Positions 37,595-50,612 of a stretch of 64,000 bases of DNA are shown one piece after another. The notes below the pieces were generated by a model that did no database searches, was not told where the DNA came from, and saw only the letters and a program-made list of their open reading frames with translations. A program made the translations under genes and the position numbers. The stretch comes from Selaginella moellendorffii (Eukaryota > Plantae > Lycopodiophyta): assembly GCF_000143415.4 (NCBI RefSeq), contig NW_003314264.1, forward strand, positions 2,551,710 through 2,615,709, given 5' to 3'. Numbering within the stretch: the first letter of the stretch is position 1; each line of letters starts with the position of its first letter.

Positions 37595-38034
37595 GATGGC
37601 ATGTATTTATTTAAAAATGTAACTTATTATGGCATGGGGTTCCATGCCATTGTATTAATATTAAAAGACAATTCTTTGAGAGGATTTGCATTATACTAGA
37701 AGTGTTACAGCATATTATTGGAAGTCTACGAAGTTGTTTTATTAATAAGGGGAAAGTAAAGATTGAATGGGGACTTGGGCTCCACCTAGACTTGGAGCAA
37801 CTGAGCCAATATTAAAAGGATGGAAAAAAATTGGACGACGATGACAAGGAGAAGAGAGAGGTGAAGCAGTGGCAGGGGGAGGAGAAGTGATTGAGTAGAC
37901 ATTTCCTTGTTTAAAATAAAATGGCATGTGCCTCAATGCAGTTGAATTTTGTTATATTTATATACTATATAAAGGTTTGGAAACCTTATTTTACAAGTGG
38001 GATAATGACAATTCCCACTTTAACGAAATAGAGC

Positions 38035-38456
38035 TTTTTGGACTTTTTGGGAGGTTATTTAGCCCAGTATTATTTAAACTTAAGAGCTTATATTTGATAT
38101 TAAAGAGGTCTCAAGTTTGACTTTATTAATTGGCTAAAGGAATCACATCACATATTGAGATTGACATCTAGTGGTTTAATTTGATTTGACTGGGCTCAAC
38201 TTAAGGATTGGGTTATAGCTCTCAGCTTTTGTTCACAAGGGTGTGAACTAGCTGGGAAGCATAGTAGATTATAAGTAGCAAAGGAGAAAAATTCAAAGAC
38301 TATCCATAAGAGTTTAAATATAAAAGGAAATATCTCAGGAATAAGAGTGCACCAAATCAGTTAAATATCTTGGGATATTTAGGGTTAAGTGTCATTGAGT
38401 TTGAATAGTACTGGGTTGGGTGACTTCCTAAAAAGTCCAAATTTAGAAGTTTACAA
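38035..38456. mobile_element. Fragments of a ~350-bp LTR family, same family as the solo LTR at 63113
   Basis: 38040-38090 matches 63130-63175; ~38130-38456 is the reverse complement of 63113-63461. Confidence 0.65.
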
Positions 38457-39448
38457 ACAAGAGTAGTGCCCTCTACATTATATAAACAATTAAATTTTCC
38501 TTTTTACTTTAGTCACTTAACCACACCTTTGACTATTTGAAAGAGTTTCATTTATAACATCCATAAGTTTTATTCCTAACTTAGGGACATGCTAACCCGT
38601 GAATAACATTTATGCCAGTTAATATTTGTAGTTGGTCCAAGTGCTCCATGTGTTTGATCCCATGATAAACACCCCAAAGGTACCACTGACATCGAAGTTT
38701 GTTATGCTAAGGCTATGTTCATCTAAGTCTATTATGCTAAGGCTATGTTTAGCTATGTTTAGGCTAAGGTAGTCCAAGACCACCCATACCATAGTCTTAT
38801 CTCTCCAAGACTATGCCATCTATCCATAAGTGGTCATATTAGAACCACACTTTAGCATCCTTAGAATGCTCAGAGATATGAAGAACACTCTTTCCCAATG
38901 TCCCTTCTTTAGTCCCCACCAAATCCCTTTCCATCCACGGCTGTGCTCACTAACACTACCATTGGGTTAGGGCTTGAAGGCTTGATCACTAGGTCTTACT
39001 GACTTTTGGGACTTCTTCACCATGTGACTGTATTTTTAGTTATTACATAAGAGGATTGCTCTTTTTGTTTTCCACAGTTTAGGACTTTGGGACGACATTT
39101 CAAAACACCGTGGCCCTACACGAGCTTTGTGGGTACTCTCCCCACTTTCCGCCCTTAAGTGCTTTGGCCATGTGGCTAGAGTAAGGTATTGGTGAGCCAC
39201 ATTAAGTATCCAAGTAGGTAGTGCCGTCCACACTTGGATTAGGAGCATTAACTATTCGATCTCCTAAAGGAGCCAAAACCAACTCTTGAACACTTTACAT
39301 ATTACCCCATTTGTCTGTTCGTGTTCACTTTAGCCTTGGATTCTTAAGTGGTTACATCATCACTCACTACATGGGTATAGCCTTCCTTGGTCACATTAAC
39401 CTTTCTTGGCCAAATTAATTCCACTAGAGTCTTCCCTTTATTATCTTT

Positions 39449-42400
39449 TGTCAAGACCCCCAACAAGATCAAGACTAGAAAATGCTAAAGACAAAGAGAA
39501 AAACTAGTGGAAACAAAAAAGAGGCCTTAGACTGGCGTTGATTCAGATTGTGGAGAAATGGAACAAGGCTAACCTATATATACTATAGGTTGATGAAACT
39601 CCACCACTCTTGGATTGAGGACGGCCTAAATATAGCTGAGGTCGAGGAGGCGCCACATCAATATCAGGAATGTGGCTCGAGACTCAGGAATCGGGAAGTG
39701 TCTTGAGAGTCAGGAAATAGGGAAGTGTCTCGAGAGTCAGGAATAGGGAAGTGTCTCGAGAATCAGGAATGTGGTCTGTAGGTCAGGAATCCGGCGAGAG
39801 TCAGGAATGTGGCAAGAATTGGGGGATTCCTGACAGCACCCCCTCCTCAAGAACGAGTGGAACGAGGATGTGAATGAGAACGATGAGGAGGATGAGATGA
39901 GCGGCGAGGAATGGGAGAAGGAGAAAAAGAATGAGGACTGGGATGAATAGGATAGCGGCGGTGGAAGTCCTGAACAAGGTCAGGAGAATGAATTAGGTTA
40001 TCTGCAGGTTCCCAAGTGCGTTCTTCAGGCCCGTAACCCTTCCAGTCGACCAGATAGTAGAGTTTAGACCGTGAAATCTTGGAATCAAGGATGTCCTAAA
40101 CCTCGTACTTAGACCCATCCTCGAGCTGCACTGGTGGAGGTGGAAGAATGACCCGATTGGGAATAGGATTGGGAATATAAGACTCAAGAAGAGAGGAATG
40201 AAAAACGGGGTGAATTTGATATGAGGAGGGAAGTGCAAGGCGATAAGTGACAGGATTAATGATGGCAGTGATAGGGAAAGGACCGAGGCGTTTGAAATCA
40301 AGTTTTAGACAGGGCCTGGTGGTGGAGATATTTCGCCTAAGGAGCCAAACTTTATCCCCGATATTGTAAGGGGGACAATCCTGATGATGGACATTGGCAA
40401 ATGTTTTGTGAGATTCCTGAGCATGATGGAGGTGGAAGGAGATGGAGTTGTGGATTTCTTGGAGGTTGGAGACAAATGCCTCAGAGCGGGGATTTGAATG
40501 AGAGGATTCGGATGGAGAAGGAAGTGAGAGATTGAATCGGGGATTTCGGCCAGAGTTTGCAAAGAAGGGGGAAATTCGAAGAGAGGAGTGAATAGAGTTG
40601 TTATAGGAAAACTCAGCAAGGGGAAGGATATCGAACTAGTTATCCTGATGATAGTTGATGAAGCACCTCAAGAATTGTTCCAATGTCTGAATTGTTCGCT
40701 CGGACTACCCATCAGTTTGAGGATGATACGCCGAAGAGAGGTTGGCCTTCACTCCAAGCAGCTGCAAAAACTGTTGCCAGAAATGAGAGATGAACTGAGG
40801 CCCCCGATCCGAAACCACATCTGTAGGAATCCCATGAAGTCGGAAAATTTCCCTGAATACCAGTTTTGCCATGTCCTCACCCGAAAACTCCTTGGTACAT
40901 GGCAAGAAGTGCGCCATCTTTGTGAAGCGATCCACCACGACTAAAATGCTGTTGAAGCCTCCAGAACTCGGAAGATCACTCAAGAAATCCATGGAGATGG
41001 ATTCCTAAGGACCTGAAGGGACCGGAAGGGAACGAAGCAAACCTTAAGGAAGGTGGTGAGGTACCTTATTCCGGGCGCAAGTGTCACAGGAGGTAACAAA
41101 AGCTTTGATGTAGTCGTCCATGTGAGGCCACCAAAAGTCCCGTGCAACTAGCTCATAGGTTTTCGCAATGCCGAAGTGACCAGTAGTTGGGCTATCGTGG
41201 CACGCCATTAGGACCAACCTTCGAGCATCACCTTCAGGAACGTAAAACTGCTCCCCACGGTATAATAAGCCATCTAAGAACTCGAACTCGTCAAATCGTC
41301 GGCAGTCGGGAGTCACAGGGTGTCCAGCCTAAAGATGGGGGAAAATGTCGCTGGCGAGATCATCGGATTGAAGATCGTTTCTGATGGCATCCATCAAGGA
41401 GGAGTCCTGAGGGGCCAGGGAAATTGCCATAACTTGAAGCCGATCAGGACCGAGGATAATTTGATCCTATTGATCGAAGGCAGGATTACCAGGCCTGAGA
41501 CTGAGATAGGAGCGCCTTGAAAGAGCATCAGGAAGGCCTTGAAGCTTTCCAGGTCTGTACTTGATAACAAAGTCAAATCGACTCAGGAATTGTGCCCACC
41601 TTGCTTGACGACGGCTTAAAACTCGGGAAGTGGCAAAGTACTTGAGATTTTTGTGATCCATCCAGACTATTGTTTGATGGCCCGCCCCCTCCAAGAAAAG
41701 GCCCCACTCTCCAAAGGAATCCACGATGGCAAGAAGCTCCTTGTTGTGGATTTCGTAATTGATCTTTGTAGGCTGGAATTTCCGAGAATGGAAAGCGACC
41801 AGATGAAGTTCTTGATCCGCTCCGAGTTGAGACAGCACAGCACCGATAGCAAAGTCGGAGGCGTCAGCCTCGATGAAGAAAGGTTGTGAGGAATTAGCAT
41901 GGATCAAAACAGGGGCAGAACTGAAGGCTGCCTTGAGTGTGTCGAAGGCGTGCTGGGCAGCAGTAGACCAAGAGAAGGGAACATCCTTGCGAGTGAGATG
42001 CGTGAGAGGAAGGACAATATCAGAGTAGTGATCAATGAATTTGCGGTAGAAGTTGGCGAAGCCAAGGAAGACCTAAACGTCCGACATTGATTGTGGAGGC
42101 TCCTACTTGAGAATAGTCTTGACTTTGGCAGGATCCATCGTGATACCCTCAGAAGTGACAATGTACCCAAGGAACTCCACAGACTGCTGATCGAAGGAAC
42201 ATTTCTCAAGCTTCGCATATAGGCCGTGTTCTCGCAGCTTCGCCAGCACCTTGCGTACATATTCATCATGCTCCTCCTGAGTTCTTGAGTAGATGAGGAT
42301 GTCATCAAGGTAGACGATCACCATCTGATCAAGAAACTCCCGAAAGACGTCGTTCGCCATGTGTTGGAAAACTGTTGGAGCATTTGTCAAGCCAAATGGC

Positions 42401-45049
42401 ATGACAGTGTACTCGAAGTGGCCATAGTGGGTTCGGAGCGCAGTCTTCCATTCATCACCAGGCCAGATCTGGATCAGGTTGTATGTGCCACGGAGGTCAA
42501 TCTTGGTGAAGAAGCGGGCACCGCCGAGGCGTTCCAACAGGTCCGAGATCAGGGGCAGTGGATAATGGTTCCAAACAGTCACCTTGTTCAAACCTCGGTA
42601 ATCGATGACTAGCCACAAACTCCCATCCTTCTTCTTGACAAAGAAGACAGGCACTCCAACTGGGGACTGCGAATGCTGAATGAACCCCGAGGCAAGGTTC
42701 TCATCCACGTACTCTTTGAGGGCCTTAAGCTCAGACGGGGATAACCCGTAGATAGGCCCCCACGGAGGTGACACTCCTTCCTGTAAATCAATGGGACAGT
42801 CATAAGGCCGATGAGCAGGTAGTACACTAGCTTTTTTCTTGTCAAACACATCCCCAAAATCATGATACTTCTCAAGAAGACTGACAGGAAAAACATGCAA
42901 AGTAAAAAGGAAAATAGGTTCTTCATGAAGGAGTTCTTTCATAGTGATTGTGGAGATAGGAGGAGGTGTATGACTAAATGGAATGATAAGACGAGGATAC
43001 TGTTCAGTGTAAGATGGAAGAGAGGAAAAAGAAGAGGGTGAAAACTTCGTAGAGTCAGGAACATAACCCCGATTTGAGTTTAGGGAACTTTTCCTGATTC
43101 GGACTCGATGAATAGCAGGGAAAGCCATGGGAGATGGTGATGTGGGAGAGATGAGCTGTAAGTCCTTCCAACAAATCTGAGGTTGATGTAGTTGGAACCA
43201 AGGAAGACCGAGCACCACAGAGGAGGACTTGCTGTTGATGATGTTGAAGGCGATATCGGTGACGGTGGACCCAATGTGTACTCGAATAGGCAACGTTTCC
43301 CTAAGTCCAGAAGATGGAGACACAAAATGCCCGCCAATGCCTTCAACCCTCAGATCCCGTATGGTAGGAGAAAGAGGAACGTGATGTCGGGCAGCAAAGT
43401 CCGTGTCCATGAAGCAGGAAGTTGCACTCGAGTCCAGTAGCGCCAAAGCCTTGAGTCCTGATTGTCCAATGAAAGAAAGGAGACATAGGACGCGGAAGTT
43501 GCAGGAATTGGTGGTGGCTTTGATGAAAGGTGGTGAGGAGCTTGATAAGGAAGAAAAGTGATTTTTATTCGGGGAGTCCAAACAGACAGCTCCTACTCTG
43601 TTTGGACAGGGTTGTTTCCCGACTACAACAGAGGTGGACTTTGAGGCAGAGTGAACTCGAGCAGTCGGGGAGGCTTCTTGGGACACACAGCTGCTTTGTG
43701 ATTAGGATCAGCACAGTAGAGGCAAAGATTATGAGATATTCGACGTTGCTTCTCAGCAGGACTCAACTTCCCTCTAATGAGTCGGGGAGTACCAGAAATA
43801 TCCATTGGGACCGGAGCAATAGGTTCAGGACTATGCCCCGAAGACTCAAGCTGGGATTCTTGAGTCTGGGACGGAAAAACAGCGGTGCGGCGACTTTCCT
43901 GACGACGTTCAAAGAGACGATTGTCACATCGAACAGCTTTGTTGATGGCGTCCGACAGGTCCTTGGGATCCTCCATGGTGAGCAACAAATCCTTGACACC
44001 GTTGTTGAGGCCGAAACGAAATTGGTCAATCAGGGCCCGCTCATCCCACTAAGTGTCCAAGGCAAGGAGCTAGAACTCTGCAGCGTAGATCGAGGCAGGA
44101 TGAGACCCCTGAGAGAGACGTCTCATCTTTGTGGTAGCAGCCCGAACCCGATCCGTCTCGCCAAAACATGCTTCGAGCTTCTCTTTGAACAATTGAAGGT
44201 CCATCAACTCCAGAACCACGACCCCTTTCATGCTCTTCTCTAGAAGAGGAGAAAACCATGACAAAGTTGCACCCTCGAGCAACGTCCCAATCACGCCGAT
44301 TTGAGACTCAGGAGTGGGGTACCGCCGATGTTGAAGTGCAAAGATCAGCTCCATTTGGTTCAAAAATCCACGAAGCTCCAAACGCTTGCCTGAAAATTTC
44401 GCCGGGAAACTCACCTTCGGTTCAGGAACTTTGCTGGATCCTTGAGCCGAAAGTGAAGCAAACTCCTGTTGCATGCGAAGAAGAGTCGCCTTCAGCTCGG
44501 TATTCTTAGACTGGATTTTTGCAAGGACTTCGGCAAAGAAATCAGGATGGCTTGGAGACTCCATTGGCAAGAAGAAAGAAAAGAAAGGGGGAAAAAGACA
44601 AAGGCAATCAAATAATCAAAACGAGCTAAAAGAAAAGCAAAAAACACAATCTGAATCAAACTGTCCAAGACCCTCAACAAAATCAAGACTAGAAAATGCT
44701 AAAGACAAAGAGAAAAACTAGTGGAAACAAAGAAGAGGCCTTAGACTGGCGTTGATTCAGATTGTGGAGAAATGGAACAAGGCTAATCTATATATACTAT
44801 AGGTTGATGAAGCTCCACCACTCTTGGATTGAGGACGGCCTAAATATAGCTGAGGTCGAGGAGGCGCCACATCAATATCAGGAATGTGGCTCAAGACTTA
44901 GGAATCGGGAAGTGTCTTGAGAGTCAGGAAATAGGGAAGTGTCTCGAGAGTCAGGAATAGGAAAGTGTCTCGAAAATCAGGAATGTGGTCTGCAGGTCAG
45001 GAATCCGGCGAGAGTCAGGAATGTGGCAAGAATTGAGGGATTCCTGACA
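39449..45049 (-). mobile_element. Structurally complete Ty3/gypsy chromovirus (Tcn1/Tf1-like); LTRs 39449-39835 and 44662-45049
   Basis: TG..CA LTRs, perfect TSD TCTTT, PPT at 39836-39848; gag (PAKFSG..LRGFLNQ, CLYCADPNHKAAVCP), PR (ALLDSSATSCF), RT (VYLDDILIYS), RNase H (EADASDFAIGAVL), IN (HDSP..GH, VSDRGPQF, YHPQTDG), chromodomain (YLVDWKGYGPEERTWEP). Confidence 0.95.
39940..44570 (-). pseudogene. gag-pol of the chromovirus, broken by scattered stops
   Basis: ORF fragments 44070-44570, 43623-43988, 42103-43686, 41467-41907, 41044-41316 and 40705-40992 in the order gag-PR-RT-RH-IN-chromodomain. Confidence 0.9.
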
Positions 45050-45499
45050 TCTTTTTGGAGCTCACCAAACCCTCTAGGGTCTAGGAAACAATTGCTTTAG
45101 ACTTTCACCCTTGGATCGAACTTTGCCCTCAGTTTTGGTCTTGGTCTTAGTTTTGGTCTTAGTCCCTATCTCAAACTCCTTCTCGGACTCTATGTCAGAT
45201 TCCTTCTCGAACTTTATTTTAAACTCCTTCTCAAGCTCTATCTTGGATTCCTTCTCAAACTCCTTCTTGGACTCCATCTCGGACTCCTTTTTGGACTCAA
45301 TCCTGACACTTTCATATGTCACAACACTTGCCATGTGTTAGTCCTTCTTATGTCCCTTTTTAGAGACTCATTCACCAATTGCTTCGTGCTCATTCCTCAA
45401 ACACTTTGTTCAAAGTTTCACTTTGTGAGTATCTTATCATCCCACTTGTCGAACAAAAAGGCCTTGTGGTGAAGAAAAGAGTGTATAATATGTTACATT

Positions 45500-47400
45500 T
45501 TGAAAGTTGATTGGATTTTAACTACCATTCCTTTAGATATATAATAGTGACATGATTTGCCATAAGGGTTGAGCATAAGACATACTCAATTATGCTTTAC
45601 CCATATAGTCAAGCATGTAATCCATGCCAGATCTCACATGTATACACCCCAATGTAGAGATGAACTGTATTGAGAATAATAAATCATATGTCTTTACAAA
45701 AGTCAAGGAGTTTCTACTTAAAGGCATTTAGTAGTGAATCCTAGGCAAATTCTCATGTCCAAGACTTTGTTAATCCTCTTTATGTAGCTTCATATAAGCA
45801 ATAAAAAAGAATGACTTTAAAAATGATCTATTATGGTTCAAATATATAAGAAAATAGTTTATGAACAAAAGTGCACCTCTTTTTCAATTAATTAAGAATG
45901 GTGACCTAAATTTAGAAGTTACACTCTAATTCTACCACATAACCTATGGTGAAAAACTTCACGCCACCACATTCAAATCTTGTTTGCTTTTGCCTCATGC
46001 TCTTTTTCAGAAGTGCAATTTACCATTGTTTGCACAACTTTTTAAACACTAGTTGAAACTCTAGCTTGATAAAGTGTCATTGTTGGTTTAGGCTTTGAGC
46101 CCAATAGAACTCATAAGTTCTCTCACAAGCTTCCAATAGTTGACCATTCCTAAAACTATTCAAATAGTGTTCCAGTTTGCACTAGCCCCATTTGCTATGA
46201 AATTGCAAAAGTTTACAAGCTTACTAGTCCACTTTAGCACAATATTATAGAGGGACTTCCAAAATATTTCCTAGGTTGTTTAGTCTTGTATTTTAAACTC
46301 TGTTGTCGCAATTATCAAGTTACAATATAGCCTGTGAAAATACAAATATTACAACCATTTCAATAAAATGAGAATAAAAATACCTTGGATCATATATATG
46401 ATCTCCTATAGTTGTTGAATATAATACATGCTCCATATGGCTAAAATGTATTCTAAAATGTCCATTCAGGAGACAAGATCTACATTAAAGGCAAGGCCCA
46501 TTGTAAACATCTTGAAGACGAAAAGGTGCTCTTGTTTATTCATAACTTGGCTTGGAAACAAATTTCTGTGGATAAATAGGTGCGTTTCAGTTTAAGGATG
46601 GAGTTAATTTTTTATTGTAACTTCCCCTTTCGAGATTCACACATCCCAGATTTTATCCTAAATAATATCATGTAACAAAAAGATATTATTGTAACATATA
46701 AAATATAATGGACATACCTCCTTAAGGTAGTAGCAAGTTGTACTCCTTGTAGTAAATATTGCAAGCTAGCGTAATTTAGTTGAGTCTTTTGGCAACTTAG
46801 ATTGAGTAGGGTGTTTGCAATACAATCCTTGAAAATGGTCTTCTAAACATGTTTTGGAGTTGTAAATAAGTTTCTCACAATCTCTTCCTATATAACATTT
46901 TTGAAATGGTTAAGAGAATTTCTTTGTATCCCTTCGTACATTGGATGCATGCGTGTGCCAAAAGATAACATGTACTACAACTCTTCCAACCACTCTATCT
47001 CATGGAAGAAAGTAGTACATCTTGGCCTCACAAATGGCACAATATAAAAGAGCATTTTTGCATAATCAACACTTCAATCCAATAACAATGGTGTCACAGA
47101 TAGGAGGATTGATTGTAGACCCTTCGAAAAATATAGAATTTCTACAACAATCTTGATTGCATACTTTATCCACACAATTTAAATGCCCACCACAATAAAT
47201 TATAAACCTTATACTTTCAAAATGTTAAAAGTGTGTGGTCTTAATCTTGCATCAATTGTAGATATTCTATTTGGTTTCTATCCCCTTCCATTTGGAACCT
47301 ATGCTGCTAACAAGAGGTGGTAGCTCGAAGAAAATATTACCATTATAAAAGGATAGAAGCTTGCTTACAAGTTTATACAAAAACAAGTTTACATCGATTG
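45500..47400 (-). pseudogene. Decayed MULE/Mutator-type transposase with an N-terminal GCM-like Zn domain
   Basis: Manual translation: CGGHLNCVDKVC, C*LC...CAICEAKMYY...VVH, FIHRNLFPSQ...LFVFKMFTMG...VDLV, HIYDP, VNFCNFIANGASANWNTI and ERTYEFYWAQS; these resemble the FMADxAxANWNA...ERTCxFHW core of non-seed-plant MULE-like transposases. Confidence 0.6.
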
Positions 47401-50140
47401 AGAGGCATGAAGGAAAGCATTATTAATGGCTTTGAATATTGCTAAAGATGGAGCTCATGAGTTTGGCACTAACACTAGCATAACTTCTTCACTTAAACTA
47501 GAAGAGGAGAAAAAGATGATGATTGACTTTTGCTTCACATTCATTTTGGCTAAAGTGCATTTTAGCACTTTGATTGGAGATTCAAAAACTCAAATCTCCT
47601 TCAACTTAGAATTCTACAAATTCTATTGTTATCTGCCCTTATACATTGGAAAAAAGAAACTCTGAACACGCAACTATATCAATGTCGTTACAAATCATAG
47701 CCTCTAAAGAAATAGAGCCAAGATGAAGATCAAAATGCTAACATAAAAACTTTTAAAAAAAATACTCTAAGAGAATAAAAGAGATGGGTGATCTAAAAAA
47801 TGTAGGAAAAAACCTTTCCATCCTTCTCAAAAGGTTTTGCATAGACAGGGGAGGAACTTGGTGGTATTAGTGAATGCCCGGGGAGAACGATCTAGGGTGG
47901 AGGCCCAGTATCTAAAGGTAGGGCAATGTAAGGCTAAAGACTCCTACTTAAACTTGGTGTTCACAAAGGGACAACTCACTAAAGGAACCAAGGCAACATT
48001 TTTATGCTCACTCTTGGTGAAGAATGATAAAAATACAGGAATGAAAGAAGTACTTTTAGTGATCCAGCGGGTGTTGGGCCAATTCCAAAATACCATGCCA
48101 GAAGAGTTATTGACGGGGTTGCCCCTCACATGACCGATAGAACACAAGATTGAGCTGGTCGAGGGTGCTAAGATGGTGGTTCATCCCCCCTATTGTTTGA
48201 ACGAAAAGGAACTCGAGGAGCTCAAGTGCCAACTAGAAGAGTTAGTGGACAAAGGGTATATTAGGTTGAGCAAGTCGTCATATGGGGCACCGGTGTTATT
48301 TGTGAAAAGAAAAGATGGATCTATGCACATGTGCATAGACTATCAATTGCTCAACAAGTATACAAAGAAAAACAAGTACCCTTTGCCAAGGATTGAGGAC
48401 CTGTTCAATAGGTTGGGAAAGGCAAAATACTTCTCGAGGATTGACCTAAGGTCAGGATACTACCAGATCAAGGTAGCAAAGGAAGATGTCGAGAAGACAA
48501 CTTGTCAAACAAGGTATGGGAGATTTGAATTTCTGGTGATGCCCTTTAGGCTGTGTAATGCACTGGCAATGTTTTCAGCGCTGATGAACCACATCTTTAT
48601 ACCCTATTTAGATCACTTCATGATCATTTATATTGAGGACATTCTAATCTATAGTGAGACACTAGAGGAGCATATCAAACACTTGATGAAAGTGTTTGAG
48701 AAACTAAGGGAATACAAACTGTATGCTAAAGAAAGCAAATGTGACTTTGCTCAACAAAAGGTAAAATTTCACGGGCATATGGTGGGCCAAGACGGGCTTA
48801 AGGTGGACCCTAAGAAGGTCCAAGCGATCCAAGAATGGGAGTGACCATCGAATGTACATAAGTTGAGGGTGTTCTTGGGGCTATACAACTATTACCGAAA
48901 GTTTATCAAACACTATTCGAGAGTAATCCTACCCTTAACGGACTAAACGGGAAAAAGGAAGATGGTATGGACAGCAAAATGTGAGGTGGCATTTGTCCAC
49001 CTCAAAGGGAAGTTGAGGAAGACACATGTGTTAGCATTACCCGACTTTGGAAAGGATTTTGAGGTAGAAACGAATGTTTTGAACTTTGTGTTGGGCGCAG
49101 TTTTGAAACAAGACAACCATCCAGTGGTGTTCTTCTCGAAGAAGTTGGACAAGGCTCAGCGAAAGTGGCTTGCCCACGAGAAGGAATTATTTGCAGTGGT
49201 CAAGGCGCTCAAGGAGTGGTGACACTACCTTAGGAGGCACTTCAAAATTTACACAAATAATATGGTAACGAAACACTTCTTATCACAACTCGATCTAAGA
49301 GGGAAACAAGGTTGGTGGGCTAATGTTTTGGTTAAGTTTGATTGTGAGATTCTGTATAAACTTGGGAAGAACAATATTGTGGTAGATGCTTTAAGTCGAA
49401 AAGCAAGCTTCAAGTTGGCAATATCTAGCACGACTGCAACCTTTTGGGACGATGTGCGGACAGCGTATGAAAATGATGGCCTAGCACAAGAAGTGTTGCT
49501 AAGGAACCAAGAGGCGTAAGAAGCTCACCAAAGATATGAGTTGCCAACAGAAGAAAAAACAGGTTATGTGGAACGCAATAGACTCATCTATTATAAACAA
49601 ACGAGAGTGTATGTTCCAAAAGGGGAACTAAGGAAGGTAGCCTTAGAAAAGTGTTATGATGGACCTCTTGTGGGACACGATAAAGTGCCCAAAACAATGG
49701 GCTTATTCAAAAGGAAGTATCACTGGCTAGATATGGCTAAAGGCATCCAAAACTATATAAAAACATATCTAACATGTCAGCAGGTCAAAGCCGTGACTAA
49801 AGTTAGTGGAGGCTTGTTATAAAACATCCCAATTCTAGATCGTCCATGGAAATGTCTTACGATGGACTTTATCACAGGACTCCCCCTAAGCGGGGGGTTT
49901 GATGCGATATTTGTCGTGGTGGACCGATTTTCGAAGATGGGACATTTCATACCCACCACAACGGAAGTGGATGCGGAAGGTGTGGCGAAGTTGTTCTTCA
50001 AACAAGTGGTTCGAGTGCGGGAAGGCCAGAAGAGATTATCTCAGATCGAGATAAGATCTTCACCAATAGGTTTTGGAGAACTCTCTTGAAACAGTATCGC
50101 ACCAAGTTAAAATTCAGCACAACTTATCATCCATAAATAG

Positions 50141-50187
50141 GTATTGAGTATTAAGTCAAATTTGATGGCACTAACACTTCTTGATAG
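50141..50187 (+). other. 47-nt GT-AG intron-like insert in the integrase core
   Basis: Removal restores the STTYHP-x-x-D-x-QTERVN motif in frame; CTAAC branch-point-like motif; ATAG precedes the GT and ends the insert. Confidence 0.75.
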
Positions 50188-50612
50188 ACAGACAAACAGA
50201 AAGGGTGAATAGGTAGTTGGAGGATTATTTGCAATGCTATGTCTCAGAAGACCAGATTGATTGGGTAAGTCATTTAGGACTTGCGGAAATATGTTATAAC
50301 AACTCACCACCTTTGAGTATCGGGGTGAGTCTATAGGAAGTCATCAATGGGTAAGCTATTGAAGGTTCTGTGGAACTCAGCATGGCTGAGTATCATGGAG
50401 AGTTACCCGTAGTGGAGGCATTCAGGGCCGGAAGACTCAACATTTGGAATCTAGTAAGGGATTCCTTGGAACGGGCTCAACAAAGGCAAACCAAGTATGC
50501 GATACACGAACCAGAAGCGTCAAGATGTAGAGTTCCAAGCTGGGGAGAAGGTGTGGCTGAACACCAAGAACCTCAGGCTACCAAGTGGGATTAGTCGAAA
50601 GTTGACCCAAAG

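Larger units (their letters stand above)
25176..37942. repeat. Dispersed 22-bp palindrome ATGGCRTG-N6-CAYGCCAT, more than 20 copies
   Basis: Copies start at 25176, 25492, 25581, 26181, 26341, 26487, 27829, 27886, 29487, 29557, 29655, 31199, 32024, 32101, 32161, 33435, 34922, 35056, 35245, 36479, 36554, 37629 and 37921. Confidence 0.9.
24952..38034. mobile_element. 13.1-kb TIR DNA transposon (Sola1-like) with a divergently oriented cargo gene
   Basis: 22-bp perfect terminal inverted repeats gctctatttcgttaaagtggga (24952-24973) and tcccactttaacgaaatagagc (38013-38034); transposase inside; dispersed palindrome seen only in this interval; no clear TSD. Confidence 0.8.
38482..45423 (-). mobile_element. 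Decayed long LTR (38482-39448 plus 45050-45423), interrupted by the chromovirus
   Basis: Reverse-complement similarity to the LTR at 19054-20673; continuous across the TCTTT TSD. Confidence 0.8.

Noticed and set aside
25176-37942. Palindromes or LTR repeats as a CRISPR array
   Set aside because: Irregular spacing of tens to thousands of bp, no cas genes, eukaryotic context
39449-39835. Hammerhead ribozyme (retrozyme) in the LTRs or the TRIM
   Set aside because: No CTGATGA...GAAA core with supporting stems was found; the LTR contains only gagtcaggaat tandem units
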